Below, one piece after another: positions 37,778-50,264 of a stretch of 64,000 nt of DNA. Positions within the stretch are counted from its first letter, which is position 1, and every line of letters begins with the position of its first letter. The stretch is from Octopus vulgaris (lineage: Eukaryota), in contig OX597831.1 of the NCBI GenBank assembly GCA_951406725.2, positions 25,668,001 through 25,732,000 of the forward strand. Reading direction: 5' to 3'. The notes under the pieces were generated by a model. That model saw nothing but the letters and a program-made list of their open reading frames with translations, was not told the origin of the DNA and searched no databases. The translations under genes were made by a program, and so were the position numbers.

Positions 37778-38724
37778 GTTATTTTCACCTCACATTTTAC
37801 CTGTTCTAAATAGCTACCAGTTGAGTTACAAATTACAAGCCACTGAAACACTAAAACAATGTTCTTGTACTGTGATTAGTTTCTCCAAGTAAATTTAAAA
37901 TACCTAATTTTATTTCCTTTTTTTATTTTCATATTTTTATCTATACCTTTTTAAAAATTTTTTTATCATAGCCCCCTCCCATTCAATAACAACCACTACT
38001 ACTGCTCTCTTAGATCATAATTAATATCCATACGTGTTTTAAAATTAATAGCTTTATTTTAATTATTAAAAACAAAAAATACATTATAATAACACTTGCC
38101 GAAAAAATGTATATAAAATAATAAAAAATTTAAAAACATTAAAATTTTTTTTTTCATAAACAGGATGTTATTTTAGAAAGCAAATTATCATCAGATCAAA
38201 ATTTTCTAATGCGAGGTACTGTGAGGGGTGGAGTGGTGTAGCATGGTTGGAGTAGTCGAAGGTATAAAGGATACAGTAACTGGGCAAATCAAAATGCTGA
38301 CGAAGAGAAAATTCAGTGTTCATTCTCTTGACAAAGTGCATTAACTCAAATTTTAATTTTCTCCCAATATTTAATTTTTTTTTTTTAAATTCATTTTTTG
38401 CTTCTTCAAACTCATCTCCTTTTCCTAATTTGTCATTACTATCATAATTGTCTTCTGCCAGTTCTTCTTTCACACAAATCTTGAAGGAAGGATCAGTCAA
38501 ATAAATCGACCTAATTACCACATTGATGCTGCATTTTATCAATCTCCCAAAGGAAAAAAATGCAAAGTTGGTGTCAACAAGAATCTTAGCATGAAACGCT
38601 ATTGAATACCATATAGTTAGTCGAAGCTAGATATGAACTTGCATCTTAGGATTATCCAACATTGTTATAGTATCTAATCTAGGTTCAAACTACCACCATT
38701 TACCTCTCATTTAAGATATCACCA

Positions 38725-39018
38725 CGTTCTGAGTTCAAATTCCGCCGAGTTCGACTTTGCCTTTCATCCTTTCGGGGTCGATAAATTAAGTACCAGTTAT
38801 GCACTGGGGTCTATAAATTAAGTACCAGTTACGCACTGGAGTCGATACATTAAGTACCAGTTATGCACTGGGGTCGATAAATTAAGTACCAGTTATGCAC
38901 TGGGGTCGATAAATTAAGTACCAGTTACGCACTGGGGCCAATGTAATCGACTTAATCCATTTGTCTGTCCTTGTTTGTCCCCTTTATGTTTAGCCCCTTG
39001 TGGACAATAAAGAAATAA
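38725..39018 (+). mobile_element. 5'-truncated group A SINE with an internal 32-bp x5 minisatellite
   Basis: GGGGTCGATAAATTAAGTACCAGTTAYGCACT is repeated over 38774-38933, with TSD TAAGATATYACCAC. Confidence 0.88.
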
Positions 39019-39842
39019 GATATTACCACATTTTCAGTTTAGTTTAGATATTATTTCTGACAACTTCCTTGCTCTCTGTTTCTATGTTCTCATTTGCTTT
39101 CATTGCAATATGAAATGAATGACAAAGGATAAAAAACGGTTTTAAATTTTCTTAGATTAATTTTATGTCTGTACAATACAGCTCTTCATCCAGAACATTT
39201 TTGTTGTTGAAAAACAACTGTAAAATTTTGTCTTCTTGTTAGGACTGAAGTGGAGATACACTGAAGGGACACAATCAGTTATCTGAGTGACAAATTTAAT
39301 GTGTCACCTGGTTTAAGACCACTACATGATCCCTGGGTAACTCTAGCAGATTCTTCTCTGTTGCATGTATTCAGGCCAGGACTGTGGTTTGAGGATGACT
39401 TCCTACTTTCTTTCTTTCTTTCCTCTAGCCACAGAAATCCTGATAAGAGCCATAAGCCCTGTCTTTCCTCCCTTTAGTCTCAGAAACCATGGAAAGAATC
39501 ATGAACATCACATTTAAGATATTACTACATTTCCACTAAGTCACCTTAAAAAAGTCAGAAAAGCACATAATAAAATTAATAAATAATAAATTAAAATTAG
39601 TTGGGTTTTTTTATTATTATTACAAGCATTTGTGAACAATAGGTTTGTTTGATGTCTGAGATGAAAGAGCAATCTAGCTAATGAATCACCGAACAATATT
39701 GATATTAGCACAAGGTCACAAATTTAGAAGCGAAGGAACAGTCGATTATATTGACTTCTGTTGTTGGTGCAATAATTTTAACAAATCTGGAAGGAAGAGA
39801 AGCAAAGTCAGCCTTAGAGGGATTAGGTCTCTGAATATAAAT

Positions 39843-40060
39843 TAGTTAATTCTCTCCACGCCTTGATGCACATAAGGCTGTGGCTCAGCCTCTCCAACCA
39901 GTTCTGTTTTCTGCCACTGTTCAGGTCTCATTCCAGATTCTTTACCCTTCTCATTTCTTCGTGTGGTCAATAATCCTTCACTGCATAATGAAGGGTTCAG
40001 TGTGGTCTTTAGCAAGGCAAAGCCATGATACATCTGGTACAAAATACACCAGTGAACAAA
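39843..40060 (-). mobile_element. RTE-clade LINE 3' remnant
   Basis: The minus-strand translation ..WNET*TVAENRTGWRG*ATALCASRRGEN resembles the RTE ORF C-terminal AxDRxxWRxxVxALC motif. Confidence 0.6.
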
Positions 40061-40230
40061 CAACAAGAACAAGAACAACAACAACAACAACAATGATTTC
40101 AGGCTGCATAATCTCCAATTCACATATAGTTCCAATGCTTTAATCAATATGCTACTGGGAAGCAGATATTGAGGTTACTCCAAAAATTGTTTGAAGATTG
40201 ATTGAGGCTGTTCATAATTTTTCAGAAAAT

Positions 40231-41065
40231 AGGCACGGACGTGGCTGTGTGGTAAGAAGTCTGCTTGTACAACTGGTGCCAATTTCCTTGTGTTTCTGTA
40301 ACTTATAAAATTCAGTAAAAAAGGGAACAACAGAATAAGAACCAGACTTAAATAAGTTCTGGGGTTCGTTCACTTGACTAAATCCTTTAAAGCAGTGCCC
40401 CAGCACGGCCATAATCTAATGACTGAAACAAGCTGCATGGTAAGAAAGGCAACGAGCTGGCAGAAACGTTAGCACGCTGGGTGAAATGCTTAGCGGTATT
40501 TCATCTGTCTTTATGTTCTGAGTTCAAATTCCGCCGAGGTCAACTTTGCTTTTCATCCTTTTGGGGGTCGATTAAATAAGTACCAGTTATGCACTGGGGT
40601 CGATGTAATCGACTTAGTCCATTTGTCTGTCCTTGTTTGTCCCCTCTATGTTTAGCCCTTTGTGGGCAATAATGAAATAAGAAGTCAGCTTCACATGGTT
40701 CTGGGTTTAGTCCCACTACATTTCACCTTGAGCAAGTGTCTTCTATTATAGTTCCAGGCCTACCAAAGCTGTGTGAGTGGATTTGGTAGATGAGTAGATG
40801 GAAACTGAGAGAAGTCTGTCAATTTTGCCCATACTGGAACGGGTCATGCATTTGTGTTTGGCCCCCACCACTGCTTGTACAACTGGTGCCAATTTCCTTC
40901 TGTTTCTGTAACTTATGAAATTCATGAAAAAGGGACCAACAGAATTATAATCATACTTAAAAAGAAAATAAGTTCTGGGGTTCATTCATTTGACTAAAAC
41001 CTTTAAAGCAGTGCCCCAGATGGCCACAGTCTAATGACTGAAACAAGGAGCAGAATAAAAGAATA
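40231..41065 (+). mobile_element. Two diverged group B SINE copies; the second is interrupted by a group A SINE
   Basis: 40231-40432 is internally deleted. 40432-41065 is split at GGTAAGAA. Both share CTGCTTGTACAACTGGTGCCAATTTCCTT. Confidence 0.7.
40446..40680 (+). mobile_element. Group A SINE, full length
   Basis: AGGCAACGAGCTGGCAGAAACG..GGGCAATAATGAAATAA. Confidence 0.9.
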
Positions 41066-41105
41066 TTCTGGTCAACAAACTCTTTATTTAATCCTTCTTC
41101 TAAAA

Positions 41106-41615
41106 CAAGGGTGAGGGAACCCTCACCCATAGGTGCAATTGTACCCAGGAGTCTGTTTTATTGTACCTGCAGGCTGATATACTTACATGTATAAATTACA
41201 GTAAATTTTTCAATCAAAATTTATACATTATTCATATACCTATTTGTGGCATAGGTCACGTTTCCACTATGACTTAAAATGGTCAGATATCATCCAGTAA
41301 TTGCCATTTGAATGGAATTTATATTTTCACTATAAAATACATTTTGCTAGGTTTATACTACCCCCTTGAGACCCAACTAAAACTCTAGCTTAAAAATATA
41401 GAATACCTCATAAGTAATATAAATGTCTTAAATTCAGTGGCAGCATTAATGAAGATGTTATACATTAATTTAATGTCTTAAACTTATCTTTAGTAATGTA
41501 TATGAAATTATATATAGATATATACAAGATTTACACAGATATAAGAATTAGAACCTGTGTACCATTTTCTTAGGAAATTTTTGCCTGGCTTCGCTAAAAA
41601 GTTTGCCCACCCCTG
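41106..41615. mobile_element. hAT-type non-autonomous element
   Basis: 8-bp TSD TTCTAAAA on both sides, with imperfect TIRs CAAGGGTGAGGGAAC / GTTTGCCCACCCCTG. Confidence 0.65.
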
Positions 41616-41739
41616 TTCTAAAAGCTTATTGTTTAGCTAAGTTTCATAGCTTTACTCAACTTATGTTTAATAGTTATCTCATCTGATAAAATACCCTGAT
41701 GGTATTAACTATTTATGCCACAACATAGGGTAAATTGTA

Positions 41740-41985
41740 GAGGCGCGTGGCTTAGTGGTTAGGGTGTCAGCATCATGATTGTAAGATTGTGGTTTTGATA
41801 CCTGGACTGGACGACGCGTTGTGCTCTTGAGCAAAACACTTCATTTCACGTTGCTCCAGTCCACTCAGCTGGCAAAAATGAGCAACGCTGCAATGGACTG
41901 GTATTCCATCCAGCCGGGGAACACATATGCCGTAGAAACCAGGAAGCCAGGCACATGAGCCTGGCTAGGCTTTGAAAGGGTGCAT
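41740..41985 (+). mobile_element. Group C SINE (tail 3)
   Basis: GGCGCGTGGCTTAGTGGTTAG, the C core, then CAATGGACTGG..CCATCCAG. A related copy lies at 59020-59260. Confidence 0.75.
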
Positions 41986-42840
41986 TTATTTTTTATTATA
42001 GTGTAAATTATATAATCTAGAATTTTTAATACAAGTATGCCTATAACCTTTTAAATTATCATAATAATGAATTCCCTGTATACAGGGTTCAGGCGCACTA
42101 CATCTCATTAGAAAAAGTAGCCGAAAGTGTATGAACAGTACATAGAATAAACTTTGCTATAAAACTTCTTATCACACAGTTATATCTGCATCACAGTCTA
42201 AAGATAAATATAAACATATTTTTATATCCCTTTTGTAGAGAACAATAATTATGTATTTCAATGAATTTTTAAAATAATCAAAATTTTCAAAAAGATTTAG
42301 AAAATAACTAAGTTCTTTTCCACAATTAATCTGGTATTATGAACATAACATAACAAAAGGAACATTTCAAAGTGGACAGTTTTATATCATAGAATCAAAA
42401 GCAATCTTAGATAGGTTGCTATCAAAATGTTTAATGTGATAAAAACTTTTGAAGTAAGGTAGATTTAGAATTGGTTTATAGAATCTTCTGCAAGAGAACT
42501 GATCTGAAAAATAATTACAATTATCTTTGAATGCTACAATTGGTAATAATGACTTCACTCGTATCAAAACTGGTCTCTTGTTATTTGTTGTTAAACTGAA
42601 TTTAATTTAATATATCAATTACAGTTATAACATAATTACATACAGATAATGGCAATGATCAACTTTCGATAGACATAGGTCTAAAACTGCTCAAGATATG
42701 TATATCACAGCAGTGTCATTACAATTCCATCAAGAGCTGAGGGTCCATAGCATGGCATGGTGGACATACATAAAATATATGAGTGTATACAGATAAACAC
42801 AAACGTATATATATATATATATATATATACATATATATAT

Positions 42841-42875
<35 letters not shown>

Positions 42876-42964
42876 ATGCTGGCTAGAATAACTTGATTCA
42901 CAACACAGCTCCATATACAAAACACTTTTGAAAATCTAATGCAAAACTGGTGAAGTGTATTCTT

Positions 42965-43180
42965 ATACATTGCAGCATTACTCAAGAAACAGGAAGAGAG
43001 AGGGAGAGAAATTTGAGGCAAAAGAGTACAACAGGGGTCACCACCATCCCCTGCCAGAGCCTCATGGAGCTTTAGGTGTTTCCGCTCAATGAACACGCAC
43101 AACACCCAGTCTGAGAATCGAAACTGTGATCCTCTGACCACGAGTCCGCTACCCTAACCACTGGGCTATTGTGCCTCCAC
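42965..43180 (-). mobile_element. tRNA-derived SINE, group C-related head with a different body
   Basis: The minus strand reads GGAGGCACAATAGCCCAGTGGTTAGGG..GTTTCGATTCTC. Confidence 0.65.
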
Positions 43181-43210
43181 ATACATACATATATATATAT
43201 ATAGAGAGAG

Positions 43211-43396
43211 AGAATGGTTGTATACTGTCAATCTAACAAGAACGTGACAGTAGGGGGTACACCACCGTTGTATAGCCCTAGGAGGCATCGAACGCCTTGA
43301 AGCTGTCAGGAGGCGTTCGATGCCTCCTAGGGCTATGCAACGGTGGTGTACCCCTACTGTCACGTTCTTGTTAGATTGACAGTATACAACCATTCT
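43211..43396. repeat. Near-perfect GC-rich inverted repeat, about 86-bp arms and 13-nt loop
   Basis: Arms 43211-43297 and 43311-43396 differ by about 1 substitution and 1 indel. Confidence 0.95.
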
Positions 43397-43443
43397 ATCG
43401 CCCCACCACCGTACACCACGAGAGATTTAGAAATTCAATATTT

Positions 43444-43498
<55 letters not shown>

Positions 43499-43687
43499 GT
43501 TGGATGATCATTGACCATTCATGAGTTCCTCTGCCCTTTGTACTAGTTTGTAGAAGTCTTAGAATTAAGAAAAATTTTAAATCTTTAAGTGTTGGGATTC
43601 AAACAGCATGTATTCATGGCATCATGGCGCAAAAGTGACAGCATAACTTTCTGACATTACTCCTCCACCACCATTCATCACCTAACC

Positions 43688-44043
43688 CAGTGGTTTTCAA
43701 CCAGTGTCCATGTGGTCTCTGAGGGCCCTTATAAGATTTTGTGGGTGGGTGTGTGGGGGTCCATGCAGCAAAATAGTAAATTGGTCATCCATAATAGGGC
43801 CCTTGACAAAATTTTGCTTTAGATGTATTGTTTTCGATGTATTGCAAGAAGCAACTCCGTTGCTTTCTCTAATGTTTTACATAGTTCGACCAACACAAAT
43901 TAATGTATGGAAACTAAAATAGGAATTTTGAAAGAAGTTTCTATAAAACTAGTTTTTAAACATTGAATAGCTATGGGAGCCCATCAGAATAAGATAGTAA
44001 TGAAAGGGGTCCATAGATAAAAAAAAATAGTTGAAAACCTCTG
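43688..44043. mobile_element. hAT (Charlie-like) MITE
   Basis: TIRs CAGTGGTTTTCAAC / GTTGAAAACCTCTG and TSD ACCTAACC / ACCTAAAC (7/8 match). Confidence 0.75.
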
Positions 44044-44575
44044 ACCTAAACTATCCTTCACACTAATTTTATTTAATCATTTTTTTCTCTTGCCTCATTC
44101 CTGTTTTATCCCATTTTCTTCTTTTAAAATTAATGATAATAAAAAATAGCAAAATAATTTGAATAAAAAATATCAAAAACAAGGTAGTGAAGAAAGTTCA
44201 AACAAAATAAACAAAGAACGCAAAGCTTAAAATGGCCCACTGAATCACCCACCACAAAATCCTGGTTGTGTGTTAAACTCTTGAACTGAATAACTTCAGT
44301 GTTCTTGCTTTATTGATGGCTTAATTTGGTGACCATTTCTCATGCCCTGTTGATCAGCATTTTTTTCAATATTTGTCTTTATATAGTGTTTTCTTTTTTG
44401 TTCTCAACAAAAAGAAGAACAACAATTTTTTCAATTAATGTTGATGTAAGGTGGGTGCTGTTTGCTTTAAAATTTTTATCAGCCAATTTCTATTTTTTTT
44501 TACTTTGTCTGATGTCCAAGATAGTCAATATTTGAAGGCAAGAAATATAAACACAAAGTTAAACTCTTAAAATGA

Positions 44576-44699
<124 letters not shown>

Positions 44700-44700
<1 letters not shown>

Positions 44701-45470
44701 GGGTTTTAAAATTTGGCAAAAGGCCAGTAATTTCGCAGGAAAGGGTGAGTTACATTTGACCCCAGTGTTCAACTGGTACTTATTTCATTGACCCTGAAAG
44801 CATGACAGGCAAAGTCAACCTCAGCAGAATTTGAACTCAGAATGTAAAGAATAATACTAAAATGTTGATGCTAATAGTAGTGGTGATGGTGATGGCGATG
44901 ATGCCTTGATATTTATGAAATATGAGAGTAATATAAAATGTGGAAACATCTTAAAAATGAATTAATATATAGCACAAAGAATTACAATATAACATAACAA
45001 AAATAATAATCATAATATTCGGGGTCCTTTTTACACAGGCATTAGGCCAGAAATTTGGGAGCAGGGAAGAATCAATTTAAACTAACTGCAATACTTGACT
45101 GGTACTTTATTTTATTGAACCCCTAGAAAGATAAAAGACAAAGTTGACCTCAGCAGGATTTGAACTCAGAACGTAAAGGGCCAGAATAAATATCACAAAG
45201 ACATTTTGTCCAATACTCTAACAATTCTCTTTATATGTACTCTTTAATAATTTCTAACGTAGGCATAAGAACACAGATTTGTAGTAAGGTCAGATGGAAG
45301 GGAGGGGGCGTCAGTCAATTAAATCAACCCCAGTTTTTAAAAAGTACTTTATTGTATCAACCCAAGAAAGATGAAAGGGAAAAAAATGACCCCAGCTCAA
45401 TTTGAACTCTGAAATACAAAGAGCTGAAACAAACACTACAAAGAACTTTCCCAACGCTAACAGTTCTGCA
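44700..45470 (-). mobile_element. Cluster of three degenerate group A SINEs
   Basis: Three TTTGAACTC cores at about 44830, 45160 and 45400. Confidence 0.65.
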
Positions 45471-45795
45471 CTTGTAAAATATCAAAGATAAAAAAAAAAA
45501 TACAAACATATGATATAATAATATGGGATAACACTAATGATGACGATGATGATGATGATGATGATGATGGTAGTGGTGGTTTCATTATAATGATAGTAAA
45601 TAATCCTTTAAGATTTCTTCGTCAGCTTCTCGTTACAATGGGATAATGGCAGGCAGTGGTTAAGGAACTAAAAGAGAAAGAGAGGGTGAGAAGGAGGAGA
45701 AAGAAGCAGAACGAAGGGAAGAAGGAAATAGAGAAAGAGAGAGAGATAAATGGAAAGCAGGAGGGAGGGAATTTTTTTTAGAATTTTCTACACAG

Positions 45796-46165
45796 TGGTT
45801 CAGTCCCACTGCGTGACACCTTGGGCAAGTGTCTTCTACTATAGCCTCGGGCCAACCAAAGCCTTGTGAGTGGATTTGGTAGATGAAAACTGAAAGAAGC
45901 CCGTTGTATATATGTGTATCTACATATATGTGTGTGTGTGTGTGTGTGTGTGTATGTTTGTGTGTCTGTGTTTGTACCCTCAACATCGCTTGACAACCGA
46001 TGCTGGTGTGTTTACGTCTCCGTAACTCAGCAGTTCAACAAAATGAGACCAATAGAATAAGTACTAGGCTTACATAGAATAAATACTGGGGTCAATTTGC
46101 TCGAGTGAAGGCGGTGCTCCAGCATGGCCACAATCAAATGACTGAAACAAGTAAAAGAGTAAAAA
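45796..46165 (+). mobile_element. Group B SINE, 5' truncated
   Basis: Starts at GGTTCAGTCCCACTGCG. Confidence 0.85.
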
Positions 46166-46866
46166 GGTAAAGAGTACACAGCAAAAAATGTCGAATGATA
46201 ATTATTAGTCAAATGATAATTATTTAATATTAAAAAACATTAATAACATTGTTACAGGTGTTTAAAAGGTTATAGGAGTGGTTGCTGTAGGACAAGGATA
46301 TTGTGAAGAGCTCCGAGAAACAGTTCCATGCAAACCAAGAAAGAGTCAAGCGATTAGGAGAGACAGCTGTTCCACCAGTGTCAGCATCGTTGTTGTTGTT
46401 GTTTTTTTCTTTGTTGTTGTTGTTGTTGTTGTTGTTGTTGATGATGATGATGCTGTTGCTGCTACTGCTGTTGTTGTTATTGATGATGATGATGATGACG
46501 ACGGTGATGATGATGATGATGATGATATTGTTGTTGTTGTTTTTGTATGACAGAAATGTCAAGAATGGATTACAAGACTGAAAGTATCAAGAGAAGGAAA
46601 TGGAGGCCAGAGTTATGTGGTGGGTGTCAGATGTGGGTGTAAGTGGATTGTGGGTGTTAAAAGGACAGGTGTGTGTGTGTGCATGTGTGTGTAGTAGGTG
46701 TGTGGTGGGTGCAAGTGTGAGGGGTTGGTTAGAGTCAGAGTTGTGGATTTGTGTGTGGGTGTGGGTTGGCCATAATTAGCAGCGTGGGTTTTGAAAAAGG
46801 ACTTGATACAAACTTCCATTGAGTTTATTTTAGAATAATGTCATCTGCGTAATACAAAACTTACCC

Positions 46867-47160
46867 TCATGGTCTGATCAATAAGTATCCGGACTGTCAC
46901 CATAGTAACGAAGCTAAAGTACACAGAGTAAAGTTGCTTGGTACAAATTGCCCTTGAACTTTGCTGTGTATGTGCACGAGGTTTTAACATTCTAGCTCAC
47001 TTCTGCTGTATACAGCAGTGCATGGAAGGAAGGTGTGAAGCATGTGATTATTGCATTGATCATGACAGAGAAGGGGGAGCAGAAAATCTGCATCAAATTT
47101 TGATAAAAAGCTTGGTGATACCTGCTCATAAGCCTACACAAAGTTTTCAAAAAGTTTTCA
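46867..47160 (+). mobile_element. mariner 5' fragment (TIR and start of a decayed transposase)
   Basis: TIR-like GGTCTGATCAATAAGTATCCGGACT. The translation MTEKGEQKICIKF*..KLGDT matches the mariner N-terminal EQRxCIKFCxKLG motif. Confidence 0.7.
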
Positions 47161-47581
47161 TCGTTCTCAGCACTATTCTGGGGAAGAAGGACTGGGATAA
47201 TAATAATGGTTAGTATTGAGTAAGAGTAGTGAAAAAAGCCAAGAGTAATAAGGGATAGAAAGATGAAAAATTCAGGGATACCTTGACCTTACAGAAATAG
47301 CCACAAAATCTCCCTCAAATTACACCCAACCATTGTTAAAAAAGGAAACATCATTAGTGCATCTAGAATTACATTAACATGGGGCTGAAATTAAGATGGA
47401 TGGTCATGGCTGGAATAACTTTGAACTTAAGACTGCTTAATCAGATATGAACAGGAACTAAACATGAACTGTCAGCTTGGACAAGCCACTTCAGGAAACT
47501 CTACCAAGTCATCTGACCTATTAGAAATTACAGTTAATCTCCCTCAAATCCCTCTCATCATTTTAAAATGATTAAGATATA

Positions 47582-48093
47582 CTATAAATCCTTGAGTATA
47601 GTCTGCCCTTGAGTATGATACGCAGAGGATTTTTAGGGGGCTGTACCTCTGAAAAACCTAAACCTTGTGTATAATACGCGCCCCTTCTCTAACTTAAGTC
47701 AAGGAGGTCTATATAACGTCCTTGGTTTGTAAAAATGTATACGGTAACGTCCTTTATTATTATTGTATATATAACTTAATGCAAACATGTAGCTTTTTTG
47801 TGCATTTTGTTTGCAGAAAATAAAGAAATAACAGTAATAACGTTTAATAAATGTTGCTTACTGCAAGTTATGGATGATTCTTTTGTGACTTCATTGCTTT
47901 CAGGCTTAGCTTAAGGTATTTTCGCGCCTGACATCACAAAATGCATCTGAATAAACATTGCCAGACAGCAAATAGGGAATCAGACATTGCTTAGAAAATA
48001 ATTTTCATTTTTAACCTCGTATATTGCACACACTAGGGATTTTGACCCTTAAATTTTGGGAAAAAAATACGGATTATACTCAAGGATTTACAG
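47582..48093. mobile_element. Tc1/mariner superfamily (pogo/Tc2-like) MITE
   Basis: 24-bp TIRs CTATAAATCCTTGAGTATAGTCTG / CGGATTATACTCAAGGATTTACAG with a TA TSD. Confidence 0.8.
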
Positions 48094-48757
48094 TACTCCT
48101 TAAAAGTGATAAGATGGCTATGACAAGAATACTTTTGATGATAGGCCTGTTCTTTCTCACGATTGACCCAAAATAAAAAAAATTAAAATAATGTTGGGCT
48201 ACATATGCCCACTGACACAACATAATGCCAGTGAGGAGATTTGAATTTCAGAACCATCAGATTGCTTGTCCAATACCATATACATATGGGTATTTATATT
48301 CCCAATGAATAAGAGGATAGAATTAAATCTGAACAAAAAAAGAATTAAGAGATTGGCAGAGGTAATAGTGTTGTTGTTGTTGTTGTTGTTGTTATTGTTG
48401 TTGCTGTTGGTGGTGTTTTTTGTTTTCCTTATCACAGAAATGTCAAGAATGGATTTCAAGATGAAAAAAAAATATTGAAAGCAGGAAATGGAGGCTGAGC
48501 TATGAGGCTAGTGTGAGATGTGGGTGTAAGAGAACAGGTGAGACTACTAGGTGGGCGGTGAGTGTATGGTGAGTTTGAGGGGTTGGTGAGAATCGTTGCT
48601 GCCGATTTAGATTTATGCGTGAGTGTGGGTGGTGGATTGACCACAATTAGCAACACGGCTTATGAGAGAGGATTTAAGACAACTCTTATGGTTTGTTTTA
48701 AAATAATGTCATCTACAGAATGGCAAAACTTACATAGGAATCATGATTATAGTTTAA

Positions 48758-49262
48758 CCATTCAACATTCAGATTACTCTGTCAAATGTAATGCTTGCTT
48801 AATCACACTATTTTTAATTAGTTGTGCATTATCATGTAGCTTTGAGAGTTTGATGATGATGATCATCATCATCGTCATCATCATTTAAAGTCCTCCTTCC
48901 ATGCTGGCATGGGTTAGACAGTTTCACAGGAGTCGGCCAGGCAGAAGCCTTAATCATGCTTCTTTATCTGTTTTGGCATGGTTTTTACAGCTGGATGCCC
49001 TTCTTATCACCAACCACTCTGCAGAATAGGCTGAGTGCTTTTTACATGGCACCAGCACAGGTGAGGTCAATTTTGGCATGGATTTTACAGCTGGATGCCC
49101 TTCCAAATGCCAACCACTTCACAGTGTGGACTGGCTGATTTTCGATATCTTATTTTTAGAATGACATTGTAGGGCAGGTGTGAGAGACCGTACCTGGTTA
49201 ATTTTGAACATAAAACATGTAGAATATTTGGGTTGGATTTGGCAGGTTTAAATGCTAAACAG
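48758..49262. mobile_element. Degenerate piggyBac-type MITE split by a group D insertion (about 48862-49135)
   Basis: TTAA|CCATTCAACATTCA ... TAAATGCTAAACAG|TTAA. The group D insertion carries a duplicated CAGCTGGATGCCCTTC segment. Confidence 0.6.
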
Positions 49263-49577
49263 TTAATCCCAGGTCAATTATTACAGAGCCAACTTTTCCC
49301 CTAAGTTAATTCAGAATGATTTCCTTGCCAATTTGTATACCTATGAGTACAAAGTGCAATATACTACTCTGTTATACAGACAATAGCTTACTTTTTTAAT
49401 GTCAATTTATCTGCAATTTCTGTCCAGTCAATGAACTATGTAGATGTTCTGTCTGCATAGAGGTTTCATTTTGGCTCAAGCAATCATGTAAAAGTTTGCT
49501 GGTTGATTTAAGTAACTACATAGAGCATCTTTTGTTAGCTTGTTGAGTGATTGATTCCTCAGTGTGTGCATGCGCTA

Positions 49578-49608
<31 letters not shown>

Positions 49609-50264
49609 CTCACATTGTGCTGCTTTCTATAGCTAAATAACCAAATGCGAAATGAAATACAAATGTTGTCTATTATCAGTCAGACAGACTGAAGCAAACA
49701 AGTGTTATTTATGTGTTGCCCAACATCGCAACAAAAAAAAAAAAATAACAACTCTAATAAGGTTTAAACTCATTTATCCATATGAAAAGCAGTTTGAGCA
49801 CTTTAAACACAGAGCTATGGTATTTGGTCTTCATAGTGAGGGGAAAGAAACCAAAGCTAAAGGACCCACAGACAGACTGGTCTTATAATGAAGTCCAAGA
49901 AATTCTTTACAAAAGAGAATGTAAAAATGAGGAAATCAATCAAGAATAAAGAAATATCAATGAAGGGGAAATTCAAGATATATAAATAAATAAATAAATG
50001 AATGCCAAGAAATACAAAATGGTAAGATATAGAGAAAGAATGAAGCAGAATGATCGATTGCATGTGTTTAAAGACGAGTTAGAAAGTGATTTTAGAATGA
50101 ATTCTTTAGAAAAAAGGATATTTTTATTTAACTATGGTGTTATTAGACATAACATGTTACGGTCAGCACTGGAGCAGAAAGATTTCCTTCTATTTATAAG
50201 TTTCATTAATTGATCACCGCTTCTACCTACTCCTCCCACCACCCCTGTGATTAGCGAATATCTC

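Noticed and set aside
38774-38933. CRISPR-like array of 32-bp repeats
   Set aside because: The repeats are contiguous with no spacers, derive from the SINE core, and sit in a eukaryotic context with no cas genes.
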